Assembly: GCA_038087875.1 (NCBI GenBank)
Contig: CM075977.1
Span: 111,290,001-111,354,000 of the forward strand
Length of the DNA stretch: 64,000 nt
From: Malacoraja senta
Lineage: Eukaryota
Direction of reading: 5' to 3'
Shown: positions 38,774-52,580 of the stretch, piece by piece
Numbering within the stretch: position 1 is the stretch's first letter
Layout of the letters: each line of letters starts with the position of its first letter
Notes under the pieces: model-generated
Database searches by the model: none
What the model was told of the DNA's origin: nothing
The model's input: only the letters and a program-made list of their open reading frames with translations
Made by a program: the position numbers and the translations under genes

Positions 38774-39552
38774 CTAGATCACTAGATCCTTATATTACTG
38801 CAGTGAAACATCTGAACCCTTGAATCTAAATCAACTTGATAAAACCTGACCAACTATTGCCTTTTTCGACACTTCCACATCAATACATCACCCTTCATTG
38901 ACACGAGAACAAGCACACTCTGGTTTTACATTTAGTTCACCCGTGCGGATAATTTGACAATTCGCCACATTTTATTCCACATTATGCTCCGATCCACTTA
39001 TTCAGCTTGTCCACCTTCCCCGAATCTCCGCGTCCTCCTGCCCTCTCACAGTCCCACGGCACTGCCACCATCATCAAACCTGACAATTGCACCCTTCAAT
39101 CAACTCACTGATGCAGACTGTGAATAGCTGAGACCAAGAACCAATCTCTGAAGTACCTCGCCAGCCGCAGACTCTCAACATGCCAGAGATCCAGATATTT
39201 AATTCTACATTCTGCTCGATAACTGTTTCTCAATCCCTGACAGTGCGTTGCCTTAATGCCGCCTTCTCGCACCTGGTTCCCCAAACTCCTGTCTGGGACC
39301 CAACCTAGATCCTTCTGAGAATCCAAACGTACCACAGCACACTGTTCCCTCTCGGGCATTCAACTCCTCACCTCGCTAAAGGACTCTAATACATTGTTCA
39401 ATTATGGTTGACTTTTCTCTGGAGTTGTATCTGACCCTCCAGATGCGAGGCTGCGCCCACTGAGTCCTGAGAGACAGGGTTTCCTGTTCCTGCTCTCCTC
39501 CCTCTCTCTGCACCTTCGCTCTACACGGCAGAATGTGGCGATGGTTTCTTAC

Positions 39553-39960
39553 CGGGTGTGACCCGCAGCCGGAGCTGGAGCTCACGCTGGTACTCATGGG
39601 TGCACGGGAGGTGTACGCTGCTCCTGAACGTTTCGTCGACGTACTTTGTCGCATCGTAGGATTCACGTTTGCTGAACTCCACCAGACACAGGTAGCCGTC
39701 ACTGTCCTCCACACTCAACTGTTTTATCCTGGTTGAGGCGTTTCCCAGCTTTGGGTCCCCGACCAGCTCGAACCGAGTTGCGCCGTTCTCTGCCGCCCAG
39801 GATCCATCAGTTTGGGGTCTGAACGTGACGATGTAGGGATCCTTCCTCATCCATGTGACCGCGAGGGCGCTGGGGTAATACTGGGATTGTCGATACACAC
39901 ATGGTAACGTGGCCGAAGCCCCCTCAGTCCCAGTCACCACAGAGACATTCCTACCAGGAC
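39553..39960 (-). pseudogene. Copy C: second V-set exon, intact frame and splice sites
   Basis: 408 nt (a 6-nt deletion plus a 6-nt insertion). LPCVY...W...RFELVGDP...YLCLVEF. Confidence 0.88.
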
Positions 39961-41129
39961 CTGAGGGAAGGACAGACACCGGAATTTATCAGCGTTCTTT
40001 GGGTGAATCGTCTTGTACCGACCTCTCTCTGTGGGAGTGGGTGGAGGCGGTGCCCAGTGTGGAGCTGACAGTGACGGTCCCGTGGAAGTAGGGGCAGAGG
40101 GCGCAGGGGACAGGACACATTCAACAATGGCTCCGGATCAGGGGTCACTGGGAGCCTCTGACAGCGCGGTTCTCCCTCGGCGCTGCGCTGAGAGCGAGAG
40201 AATGAGCTACAGCGAACCCGCGCCTCCCCGGATCCCAACACTGTACTCCACGGGGAATATTCAATGTGTGAAGCAGTGAAATCCACACCGAGAGGGAGTA
40301 CCGCCCACAGGGGATTGGGGACCGACACCTCCTTTACTACTGGGCTCCTCGTTTTCCATTAATAGTTGGAGAACAATTCCAACAAGCTGATCACCAACTT
40401 CCTATTTCTCGGTTTACACAATTCACCTGTATTTGACTCTCGACCGAGGCCGGCGTCTCGTCTACTCCATGAGCGCACTGTCCAGACGGATTAACTGGAG
40501 AGGAATCAGGAGCAGGAACCCCTGCTTCAGATCCCCCCTTCACCACCCCCCCTTAACCACCACCCCCCCTCCACCCCACCCCACCCGACCCCACGTGGCG
40601 ATTGTTCTCGCCCAGCAGCGCGGCTGCGAGTGTTCTCCGGCTTGGCCCTGCTTAAGGACCGGCTCGCCTTCCGCGGACCTAACGACAGGATCCGCGCTGC
40701 AAGAACGAAGAGGGAGCAACCGCCGAGAGGAAGGTGGGCCGTCGGAGAGTGAGGAGGATCGTCTGATAGTGTGGAGGGTCGTCGGAGAGTGAAGAGGGCC
40801 GTCGGGGGGCGAGGAGGGCAGCCGAGAATGATAGTGAGAGGGAGGTGGGGGCGATGCGACGAACGGCGGCAGGCAGTAGAGAGAACAGCGGTGAATCTTT
40901 GCAGCTGTCGGCGCCAAAACGTGGCGACACTTGTGTACTGCCAAGGTGAGGTCTGCTACATGATTTTTCACGGTTGTCTGCAAAACAAAGTATTTCACTG
41001 TACCTAGGTACGTGTGAGAATACAGTATTATTGAATTGAACCATCAACATGTATTAATCAGCTTTGTACCGGGGGAACCCGCGGTCCGTGAGATCTGTGA
41101 CAGCGACAGTCTCTGAACATTGTTCTCAC

Positions 41130-41513
41130 CTTCCACAGACAGCTGCGTTGGAATCACAGATTGTCAATTCCCAACACTGAGCTCCAGGCGGCACCGGTAC
41201 TCATCACTGTCCTCCCATCTCAGTGGCTCCACCATTATCGAGGCATCTCCCTCTCTGAGGGTCCCCACCAATTTGAACCGACCTCCTCCGGACTTCTGTG
41301 TCACTTCATCGCATCGGGGGAGGCCGGGACTGGGATATATGCAGTTAATCACAAGGCTGAGAGACCATGATGTCATCTTGTGCCACAGCACGGAGCCGGT
41401 GAGGGTGTGATCAGTGGGTGGGTGGATGAATGTACACGGCAACACAGCGGAGGCCCCTTCCACGGCATACACCTCATCAGCACCGGATATTGTCCAACCA
41501 TTGTACGAAAAAG
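41130..41513 (-). pseudogene. Copy C: first V-set exon, Arg retained, premature TGA in the G strand
   Basis: 384 nt. PCTFIHP...EYRCRLELSVGN*. TGA at 41164-41166 where A has TGG. Confidence 0.9.
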
Positions 41514-42519
41514 CTACTGGGGGAGAGAGAAAGAGAGATAAAGAGAGGGAGAGGGAGAGAGGGGGAGGGAGGGGAGAGGTTAATATTGCAACGAGTACAG
41601 GTGTGGTGTTCCAAATCCAAACTTTCCCCGGGGTGTTGTCATGAGCGATGTCTTCAGATGTCTGTGGGACAGATACATCAACACGGGGGAGTGGTTTGCA
41701 AGCTTGGATATAATCAACTGTTCATGGGTGTGTGATTCGCGTCTGTTCCCCGGGTCAGTTGGTTTTTATAATGTTGCTGATTTACTTTCCGGGGAGGGGA
41801 AATGTTTGGACATTTTGCAGGACCGGAGACGTGGATGGATTCTTGGGATTCCCTCACTGTCACATCATTGATACACAGTGGAGACGGTCATTCGGCCCAT
41901 CTGTTCTATACTGACTCCATGTAACATCAATCCAGCCAGTCGGACTTTTTCGCCATATTCTCAACACACAGCCCTGCAAGTTCCTTACTTTCACATACCG
42001 TCGGTTAAATATACCCGTCTCCTCCTCCCCGCTCCCGCCGCTGGCACCGCGTCCCAGTGGAACCGCGAGGACTCGTGTCCCCCAGCAACACACTTGGTTC
42101 TTTGGCCAATCACCCTCATTCTCTATCGTCATCTTTTCTCTGTCCACCAATGGGAACAACCTCCCTGTGCGCAATGTTAAATCCCTCCATTATATCTTCT
42201 CCCTAACTCAGTGTTAGGATCTGGAAACCAGTCGGCCCCTCCAGCTCGCACCACAGGAAAATAACGTCGCGGCTGCTCTGCTATTAATTCTCTCTCCACA
42301 GCCCCGCCTGCTCTATGTCACCTTATCCCCTCTTGCTGATCCAGAGTGTTTTATGAATGGAGGTCTCCATACGCATTTTCCTCCATCTTAGTCGTCACAA
42401 GATAACCTTCACCAAGGGCTCGGTGGGTCAAGAAGCCGCCTCACCACCACCTTCTGAAGGACACGTAGGTATGCACAATATCACCAAATTCCCCACCTTC
42501 CCCATCTCATCCATTGAGT

Positions 42520-43700
42520 TTTTTGTCACGTGTACCGAGGAACAGTGAATAACACGTGTTGCATGCTAACTAGTCAGCAGAAAGGTTGAATGATTACAAT
42601 CGAACCATTTACAGAGTATATATTCACGATAAGGGAATAACGTTTAGTGCAAGGCAAAGCCAGCAATGTCCGGTCAAGGAGACTCCTAGGGTCATCAAAA
42701 AGGTAGATTGTAGTCCAGTACCCCTCTTTGGTTGATGATTCAGTTGCCTGATAACAACTGGGAAGAAACTGTCCCTGAATCTGGTCGTGTGGGTTTTTAC
42801 ACTTCTCTACCTTTTGCCTGATGGAAGAGGGGAGAAGAGGGTGGCAAGGGTGCGACTCGTCCTTGATTGTGCTGCTGTCCTTGCCGAGGCAGCATGAGGT
42901 GTAAATGGAGTCAATAGAAGGGAAGTTGGTTTGTGTGATGGTCAGGGCTGCGTCTACAATTGATAAAATGCTTTCCAAAGCGCATCTGTAGAGCTTAGTC
43001 GGAGTTATAGGGGACATGCCGAACTTCCTAAGCCTTGTCAGGAAATAGAGGCGCTGGTGTGCCTTCTTGGTCATTGCTTCTATATGGGTGATCCAGGAGA
43101 AGTGGATGGGGATATTGACATAGGAATTTGAAGTTTTCAACCATCTGTCCTTCGGCACCATCAAGGCAAACTGGAGTTTGTGTATCGCTTCGCTTCCTGA
43201 ATTCGATCACGATTTCCTTTGACTTGCAGACATTAAGAGAAAGTTTGTTGTCTGGGTACCAGGAGACGAGGTTGTTAATCTCCCAACTGAACTCCATCTC
43301 ATATTTATATGATATCCGGCCCACACTGGTGGTGCTGTCTTCAAATTTGAAAATTGAATTAGATTTATACATGGCTACAAGGGTGTACAAGGGATAAAGA
43401 ATGGGGCTGAGAACGGTTTCTTTGCGGAGGCCCCATGTTGAGGATTATAGTGAAGGATGATTTGTCCCCAAATCTTACTGATTGGGGTCACTTGGTAAGG
43501 AAGTCGAGGATTCATTGACAGAGATGAGTGCTGACCCCAAGTCCCGGGAGTTTGGTGATTAGTTCGGAAAGCTATCATGGTATTAAATGCCGAGCTGTAG
43601 TCTTTGAATAGGTCTGACCTAGGTGCATCTGTTGTCCAGACGTTGTAGGCAGTAGTGTAAGGCTAGGGCGATGGCATCATCCGTGGAACTGTTGCAGTTA
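42520..43700 (-). mobile_element. Degenerate Rex1/Babar element at the point where copy C's leader exon would be expected
   Basis: KFEDSTTSVGRI...LSLNVCKSKEIVIEFRKR, RLYFLTRLRKFGM. Homology to intron 1 of A and D stops at about 42517. Confidence 0.8.
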
Positions 43701-46700
43701 TCAAATGAATCGAACGAGAGAGGAGTCGAATGCTCGGTGTGGACATGGACCCAATGGGCCGAATAGCCCCTTTGGAAATGTTACAAGCAATTTAAAACGT
43801 AATGGAATTAAAATAACACCTCCAATTAGAGCGAACCGATAATCATTGTCCCGCTGAATTTAATAAACAACTTACACTATGTTCCATGTATCCCTTCTAT
43901 TCAAATACATTAAAAGATTTGCATAAATATATAATCTAAATTAAGTATACTGCTTTAAAAATAAAGATATATTATCTATGTTTTACATAAGTGAATTGAA
44001 ATAGCATTTTAGATTCGATTCATTATAATTTGATTCGAAGGTTGTAAATATTCTAAATTAAGCAACTGCATTAATTATTAGATTGTGTTCCCTGCGTGCT
44101 AAATGCATCATTTGAGGTTTATAAGCAGATTTGAGGTTTGCGAAGAAAAGGACATCAAAGAAGTTAGTTCGATCCAGGGGTTGCCACAGCAGGGAGGTTT
44201 GGACATGCTTCTGGAGACAACGTTTCAGGGAATTGCAGTGGAGAAATTGGTCCTTCGGCCCACCATGTTGATGTGAACATTTTTGGCTGTGGACATGAAT
44301 CTTGTTTGTCCGAATTAGATCCATATCCTTCCAACTTGTAAAGAGAAGGAACTGCAGGTGCCGGTTTATACCAAAGATAGACACAACGTGGTACAGTAAC
44401 TCAGCGGGTCAGGCTGAATCTCTGGAGGACTTGGATTGGTGACGCATCGGGTCGGGATCCTTTCTGATCCGAGAAACTCCAGCACTTTGTCTATCCTTCC
44501 AACGTTTGCCCAATTAAATGTTGGTCCAAACGTCTATCGAGCAAGTATTTGTATCTAATTTTCACCCCCTTTTTAAATAGCTTATTCCAGATTGCAAACA
44601 CTCTCAGTGTAAAAAAAAAACGTCCACTTCATTGTGTTAAACCAAGACGGGACTTGGTAGAGTCATGGAGAATGTTGCAGAACAGAGAGACCTGCAAGTA
44701 CAGTACATTTTCCCGGAATGCTATTGAATAGAAAATTTGGAATATCATGGTTCTGTTCCACAAGTCATTGTTGAGACCACATTCGGAACACTGTGGCGTA
44801 TCAGCTATAGGATGTATGTCATTACATGAGGTTGCAGACTTCAGTTATCGGGAGAGGTAAGATAGGCGGGGACATTTTCCTTTGGAGTACACGAGGCTGA
44901 GGGGTGAATCGATTGACGTGTACAGTATCAGGGGCCTGGATAAACTGAAAGCTCGCAGTATTTATACCAAGGCAGATGATCTTACAACTAGAGGGCAGAG
45001 GGTTGTGAGACTGGAGAGATGTAAGAGATAACCGATGAACAAAATTTTCACAGACATTCGTCTGCTTCTGGAATGAAGCTATGGAAGCAGATGCGATTAT
45101 GACTTCCAAACAGTATTTCGACATATATGTATACGATCATAAGATTATAAGACACAGCAACAGAATTAGTTCATTGGCCTATCGAGTACACTCCGCAATT
45201 CCAGGATCGTCAGCTATCCACGTCTTCCAGAGATGCCTTCCTAAGGGGCTGAGAAGCTCCAGAACCTTGTGTCTTTTTGCGGAGTGATTATTTAGTTGTC
45301 TCTGACGTTCAGTGTCCCATTATAGAAACCCTGGAACCGGTTCTCTCGCTCTCGCACCGAGGCTGTGTATTCTCACGGTACCTCCTTGGGGGAACACAAC
45401 GGAATCAGAAAGGGAAGGTTGAGAGTGACGGGTAGAAATGATTTAGAGCGACATGGGTCAAACGCAGGCAAGTGGGTCTATCTAGACGGGAAATCTTGAG
45501 CCAGCATCAACGGGTGGGTCCGAAGTTCTATTACTCTAGAAGCAGGCACCAACTTGGCAAACTGAGCTCCTGTTCCCGCCCTCCCTTTAAACTCACCGGA
45601 CCGCAGGTTCCTCACTCGCTTTAAAGCCATTGGGGGACACATCACAGTGCCCCCTTGAAACTGACTGGGTAAACTGGAGAAATTAGAAAACGGCCGTGTG
45701 TCATTAACAAATTAAAAGGGAGTCGGAGAATTAATATGATGGACAACCAAAGTTCGATAAAATCAGCCAGACCGCAAAAGGAGATGGGATCGGCGGACTT
45801 CATTGCGAGAATATGTCCACATTTATCTAGGTTGTAAGATCGGGACTAAACACCTAGTTTGTGGGAGAATCGTTGAGTAATCTGGAAACAGCGGGTACAT
45901 AGGAAACGGGAAGTTTAGAAGGATGAGGGGGAACTTCATTAAAACAGACCGAATTGTGAAAGACCTGATAAGAGTGGATGTGGAGGGGATGTTTCCACTG
46001 GTGGGAGAGTCTAGGACCAGATGCCATAGCCTCAAACTAGTACGTACCTCTAGAAAGTAGATGAGGATGAATTTCTTTAATCAGAGGGTGACGAATCTGT
46101 AAAATTCGTTGCCACGGAAGGCTGTGGATCGCCGTCAAATTATATATTTAAGGTGGAGATTGATAGATTCTAATTAGTACGGGTTTCATGGGTTATGGGG
46201 AGGCAGGAGAATGGGTTTAGAGGTTTGTGCTGCACACGATGCCAAGGCCAACTCTAACCAGCCTGCACTTAATCCATATTCCTCCATTCCCTGCATATCC
46301 ACCTGCCTATCCATAGGCCTCCTGAATGCCACTATTCCGTCTGCCTCCAGCATTACGCCAAGCAGATCCATCCAAGCTCTTACCATCCTGTGGGTTGTTA
46401 TTGGGGCCATGCTGAACATTTTTCATCTCTCGAGGAAGTAAAATATTTGCTTTTTGGCTGTAGGTTCGGTGTGGTTGGTCCAGGACACATTATTGGCGAT
46501 ATTTGCCCTAAGGAACCGGGAGCCGTCAACTACTTCCAGCGGCTCAAGCAGCATCTGTGGACGACGTGGGTAGCTGACATTTCGGGTCGGAAACCTTCCG
46601 ATCCTTTGTCTTCTTGATATTGAAGGAGCGGCGGGGGTTGTTTTACTACGCTCTCTACCTCCGTCCTGTACACAATCTCATCATTATTTGACATCGTCCC

Positions 46701-47975
46701 ACTATAATGGTGTCATCTCCAAACTGGTAGCTGATCCAGAGCAGAGTTTGTCCGCATAACCTCGACTATAGGGAGAAAAGTAGGGCAATGCCAATACATT
46801 CTTGCGGGGCACCTGTGTTGAGAGTTATTGTGGAGGATTTTTTGTCGCCTATATACGCTGCTTGTGGTCCATGGGTCAGAAAGTGAAAGATCCAGTGACA
46901 GAGGGGGAACTGTCACTGGACCCCATCTTCAGAAGTTTGAAGAAGAGTTTGGGGCGGCACAGTGGAGCAACAGTGGAGTTGCTGCCTAACCATGTTTGAT
47001 CCTGACTATGCGTGCTGTCAGTACGGAGTTTGGATGTTCTCACTGTGACCGCGTGGGTTTCCACCGATGTGCACGATAGTGCTGATGCCGGCTTCACTGG
47101 TCGGCGGGGACGCGGTGGGCCGCAGGGTCTGTTTCCACGCTATATCTCTAAAACATAAGGTCTGGTTGGGACATGCACATGGGTGATTGGATTCATACGG
47201 GATTAATGATTTGAGTTTGATTGGAATTTGCTTTGTTAGTTTATGGGTCAAAGTTTGTTAAAACACCAAGACCCACATTTTCGTATTACCTCTGACAAAC
47301 AGTGTCCCCGGGTGTGTGTGTTCCTTTATTTTAACCCGGGCACGAGTCCCACGCTCCCTTTAAACACTAAGGTTCCGTATTCCCATAGCACCTGCTCAGC
47401 CTGGGAAACACAAATGACTAGCATATGAAACATTGAGAGATTTATGGGTCAATGGGTAGAAAAGATTTAGAAGGATAATGGGTCAAACGTAGGCAAATGG
47501 GTCCAAATTAGGTGGGGCATCTTGGGCAACATCAACTACTGAGGCCAAAAGGTCCGTTTGCATGTTCTATGATTCTAAAAGCAGGCACCAACTTGTCAAA
47601 CTGAGCTCCTGTCTGTGCTGTTCTGCCTGTGACCGGGAGGATTTTCTCCGGGGGCATGGTTTCTACCCACATCCCAAAACAGTGCGGGTCTGTAGATCAA
47701 TTGGCCTTTGTCTATTTCACCTCCTGGTCAGCGAGTGGATGAGTAAATGGGATAACATGGGACTAGAGTTTGTGAACTGAACGAGTTTCCATGCAGCACT
47801 TTGTCTATCCCTCCAACTATTTCCTAATTAAGTGCCTGTTCATGCGTCTAAACATCTATCGTACATGTTGGTGTATCTCATTTTCACCACTTTGTTTCTT
47901 AGCATATTCCACATATCAAACCCTCTCAGAGTACAGAACCTTTCCTTTGAACTAGTACTGCTTTTTATTATATTA

Positions 47976-48175
47976 NNNNNNNNNNNNNNNNNNNNNNNNN
48001 NNNNNNNNNNNNNNNNNNNNNNNNNNNNNNNNNNNNNNNNNNNNNNNNNNNNNNNNNNNNNNNNNNNNNNNNNNNNNNNNNNNNNNNNNNNNNNNNNNNN
48101 NNNNNNNNNNNNNNNNNNNNNNNNNNNNNNNNNNNNNNNNNNNNNNNNNNNNNNNNNNNNNNNNNNNNNNNNNNN
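47976..48175. other. Assembly gap (200 N)
   Basis: Run of N. It begins just past the poly(A)-signal-equivalent position of another repeat unit. Confidence 0.99.
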
Positions 48176-48790
48176 CATCAGGATTGCCCTTGATAGGGAT
48201 AACTGGGCCATACCAGCTAAATCTAACTCTCTCTTGAAAACCTCAGTGAATTGGCCCCCACTGCCTTATGTGATAGAGAATTCCACAGATTCACAACTCT
48301 CTGGGAGAAGAAGTTTTCCCTCATCTCAGTCCTAATTGGCCTACCCCTTATTCTTAAACTGTGACCCCTGGTTATGGACTCACCCAACATCGGGATTTTT
48401 TTCTTCTATCTAGCCTGTCCAATCCCTTAAGAATTTTATATGTTTCTATAAGATCCTCTCATCCTTCTAAATTCCAGTGAATACATGCCCATTCGCCCCA
48501 TTCTTTCTTCATATGTCTGTCCCGCCATTCCGGGGAAATTACCTGCTGAGCCAATGCTGTACTTCCTCAATAACAATAATGTCCTTCCTCAAATTAGGAG
48601 ACCAAAATTGCACACAGGTGCGGTCTCACCGGGGTCCTGTGCAACTGCAGTAGGACCTCCTTGCTCCTAAACTCAAATGCTCTCGCAATGAAGGCCAACA
48701 TGCCATTAGCTTTCTTCACTACCTGCTGTACGTGCATGCTTACTTTCAGTGACTGGTGTACAAGAACACCCAGGTCTCGTTGCACCTCCC
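48176..48790 (-). mobile_element. CR1 3' fragment
   Basis: QRDLGVLVHQSLKVSMHVQQVVKKANGMLAFIAR...RPHL. Confidence 0.85.
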
Positions 48791-50334
48791 TTTTCCTAAT
48801 CGGTTTCCGTGGGTCGACCCTGGTTAGGGCTCTCCACACGTCGGCTGAAGCCAGGATTATTATCTGATCCTCGAGGGTAATGATGGACTTCATCCCAGGC
48901 ATGGTGTTTAGCACCTCAAAGCGCGCATAGAAGTTATTTAGCTTGGCCGGAAGGGGGCGTCGCTGTTGTTAGAATGTGATGCTACTTTATAGTCCGCGAT
49001 GGATCGGATACACTGCCACATACGTTTGCTGTCCCTGGTGTCGCAGACGTGGCCATGGATTTCCAGCGCGTCGGCCCACTCTGCTCTTTTGATGGTCCGG
49101 GAGAGCTCGCTTCTTGCAGATTGCGTTATCCCCTGTTCTGAAGGCAACGTCCCGGGTCTTCAGAACATGGGATAACATGGAAATAATATACGGGGTGAAT
49201 GTTGGTCGACGTGTACTCAGCGGGCCCAACAAGGGCCTGTTTCCATGCTGTATTCCTAAAGTAAACTATAAGTATCCATATCAGAGAAACAGGATTTCCC
49301 AACACATTAAAGATAGCACACGAACATAACATGTTGGAGGAGTTTTTTAAATTAACACTATTGCAATTATACATTGCTGCGTGCTATCTGCATAACTGCA
49401 TTCCCGAACACGGAGAAGATTGATCATATTACTAGCTGGGATAAAAACATGTTTTGTTTATGAGGATAAATTGACATAGCCGAGATTCTTATTCTTGGGA
49501 ATCGACGGGACAGTGTTGGGGGAGGGTGGGGGGCGGGGGGAGGGGAGGGGTGAAGATATAGGTAGACGATATTAGTCAGGTCACGGAGAGGGTAACGGGT
49601 AGGAACATGTTTTGCCAAGTAGAGGTCGTGGTTTTAAGCCAAGGAGTAAGGCGTTTGGAGGATATCTAGAGAGCACTATTCACTTGGAGTGTATTTGGAA
49701 CTTGGAGTGTACTGACTGTGAGGGTGTTGTAGACGAGCACTCTCACAACCCGGAAGCGGTCGCTGCAGTGTGCTCACTAGAATTACCAAGGCACCGAAGG
49801 TTACGAACCGGGAAGTTAGAGTGGGGATGTGCAGGAATTTATTTAGCCAGCGGGTGGCGATCCTATGGAATCCATTTCCACAGACGGCTGTGGAGGACGT
49901 CATTGGGTGTTTTTAAAGAGGAGGTGGATAGGTATTTGAATAGTGTGGACGTCAATGGTTACGGGGAGAAGGCGGGAAAATGGGGTTGAGAGGATAAAAA
50001 TAGATCAGCCATGATTAAATGGGAGAGGGGACTCGATGGGCCGAATAGCCTAATTCTGCTCCTATGTCACTGAGTGATGGTAAATGGGATTAAACGAGAC
50101 GGAGAACCGATGAGAGCCATTCATTTGCTGGGCCGAGGAGTATCTTTCTGTGTAGGGTGACTCGCAGACACCATGACCTCAACATCACTCACAGGGAAAT
50201 GCCTTCCTGTCAATCCTCAAGTGCAACACCTCGCGGGGTTTCAATTGATACGAAATGATGACATACTTGACATACTTCAGTAGCAACAAGTTAACAGCAG
50301 TGGGTGAGGAGGACACCACACTGACGTGTTGGCG

Positions 50335-50394
50335 ATGCGCTCTCTCTGGGCTTGTCTCTGCACCGTCCTGCTCTCTGTCTCAGTCCGGGTTTAA
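50335..50394 (+). pseudogene. Orphan dead leader exon of the receptor family
   Basis: MRSLWACLCTVLLSVSVRV* aligns to the A/D leader without gaps. TAC>TAA and donor GT>GG. The upstream ACAGCAGTGGGTGAGG 5' UTR is shared. No V exon follows. Confidence 0.85.
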
Positions 50395-51778
50395 AGGAAG
50401 TGTTTTCTGGTGACCCGATTACCTCGTCTTTGTTTTGATTTTTCGTTATCTTTCATGATATTTACCCATTCGTGTAGTTCTCCCGGCGTTTGGATTTAAT
50501 GTCCAGGTGTCTGATTCATAAGTTTGCAGATGACGCACACATTGGAAGTGTTGTGGATAGGAGGAAGGTTGTAAGGGAATATAGCAGGATATAGATCAGT
50601 TTCAAAAATATGTTTGAAAACATGGGTGGAAAGTACAGAGTAAAAACCAGAATACTTAAGGACATTGATTTGCAGATGGATCTTGGGATGCAAATCCTTA
50701 GTCCTCTGAAAGTGGCGGCACATTTTCACCCCCAAAGGATATCGGCATAGATTTGAGGGAAGATTGAGACGTTTCGAATGTGTGTGATGGACTTCATTCA
50801 CTTGGAGACATTGCAAAAAGCTGCAGATGTTGGAATCTGTTTCTCCCACTATCCCGTTCCTCTTTCCCAGCCCCATCTCTTTCCATCGATATCCCTCCCC
50901 GTGACTTTACACCACTCATTTTCTCTCTTCAGCAAACACCATTTTGTCTCGTTTCCATCTCTGGTGCGATCATGCGAGAAACAGATTCCAGCATCTGCAG
51001 TTTCTTACGTCTCCACGTGAAGTTCACCACATCCATTCTAAACGTCTCAATCGTTCCTCAATACTACGCCCATGTCCTGCCGCTTTCAGAGGGCTGGGGA
51101 CTTGCTTCCCAACAAGATCCCTCTGCAAGTCAATGTTGTTAAGAGTCCTGATTTTTATTCTGCATATTCCCCCCGTGTATTTAACCCATATTTGAAAATG
51201 ATCTATACCTATGTACCAAAAAAATCCACGTACCTGAACTCACCTGTCGCTTGCCATGGTTTGTCTCGCCTCCCTTTATTTTTCAGTTTCCACACCCTTA
51301 ATACCATCGGTCTGAAGAAGGGTCCCGACACGAAACGCCGATCCATTCCTTTCACAAATGCTGCCTGTCCTTCCAGCACTTTCTGTTGTATTCGCATGCC
51401 GGGCCCATTATCCCTCGAAACTCTGCCGGAGAAAGTGTTGCAGGCAGGTTCTCTCACGGCCTTTCAGAGCTGTCTACATGTTAACATGATTTACCAAGGT
51501 GTAAAAGGCTACGGCCCAACTGGTGGCATCTGACGGTCAGCATGCACATGGTGGGCCGATGGGTAGGTTTTGATGCTGAATGGCTCTCTGGCTTAATCAT
51601 AATTATAATCATACTTTATTAGCCAAGTATGATTTGTAACATACGAGAAATTTAATTTGCCATACAGCCATATCAAAAGAAAGCAACAAAACACATAAAA
51701 TTCATGTTAACATAAACATCCACCACAGTGACTTCTCCACATTCCTCTCGGTGATGGAAGGCGATTCATCTACACACG

Positions 51779-51949
51779 NNNNNNNNNNNNNNNNNNNNNN
51801 NNNNNNNNNNNNNNNNNNNNNNNNNNNNNNNNNNNNNNNNNNNNNNNNNNNNNNNNNNNNNNNNNNNNNNNNNNNNNNNNNNNNNNNNNNNNNNNNNNNN
51901 NNNNNNNNNNNNNNNNNNNNNNNNNNNNNNNNNNNNNNNNNNNNNNNNN
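51779..51949. other. Assembly gap (171 N)
   Basis: Run of N, followed by GA-rich sequence. Confidence 0.99.
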
Positions 51950-52362
51950 GAGAGACTGAAAGGGGGAGGGAGAGAGGGGGTGTTCCGGGGCTTGGAGGAT
52001 GGCGACCGATGTAATTTGATGCTGATGAATGTTAAATATTACCGTTGGGGGGAAGATTGAGGGGAAGCGACGTGGTGGGTGCTGAGAACAGAGAGCTACG
52101 GTCCGCGCATATAGTTCACTCAGTGCCAGGGGAGCTGAACAGAGATGAACATGGTTACCAGGTTTGACGATACATAGTGAGGCGCTCGGTAGGGAAGAGG
52201 ATGACAGGTTACTGGGAGTGGACGGGTATCCGAAGTGGGAATGAAGAGCAGACTGGCTGGATGTGCAAGAGTCAGGAGTGTCAACGTCATTCGCACCAGG
52301 AAGGGAACAACAAAATTCGTACTTGCTACAATGTTGTGGCCACATTAACGCAATAACCCAGC

Positions 52363-52580
52363 NNNNNNNNNNNNNNNNNNNNNNNNNNNNNNNNNNNNNN
52401 NNNNNNNNNNNNNNNNNNNNNNNNNNNNNNNNNNNNNNNNNNNNNNNNNNNNNNNNNNNNNNNNNNNNNNNNNNNNNNNNNNNNNNNNNNNNNNNNNNNN
52501 NNNNNNNNNNNNNNNNNNNNNNNNNNNNNNNNNNNNNNNNNNNNNNNNNNNNNNNNNNNNNNNNNNNNNNNNNNNNNNNN
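52363..52580. other. Assembly gap (218 N)
   Basis: Run of N, followed by (GA)n and G-rich low-complexity sequence. Confidence 0.99.
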
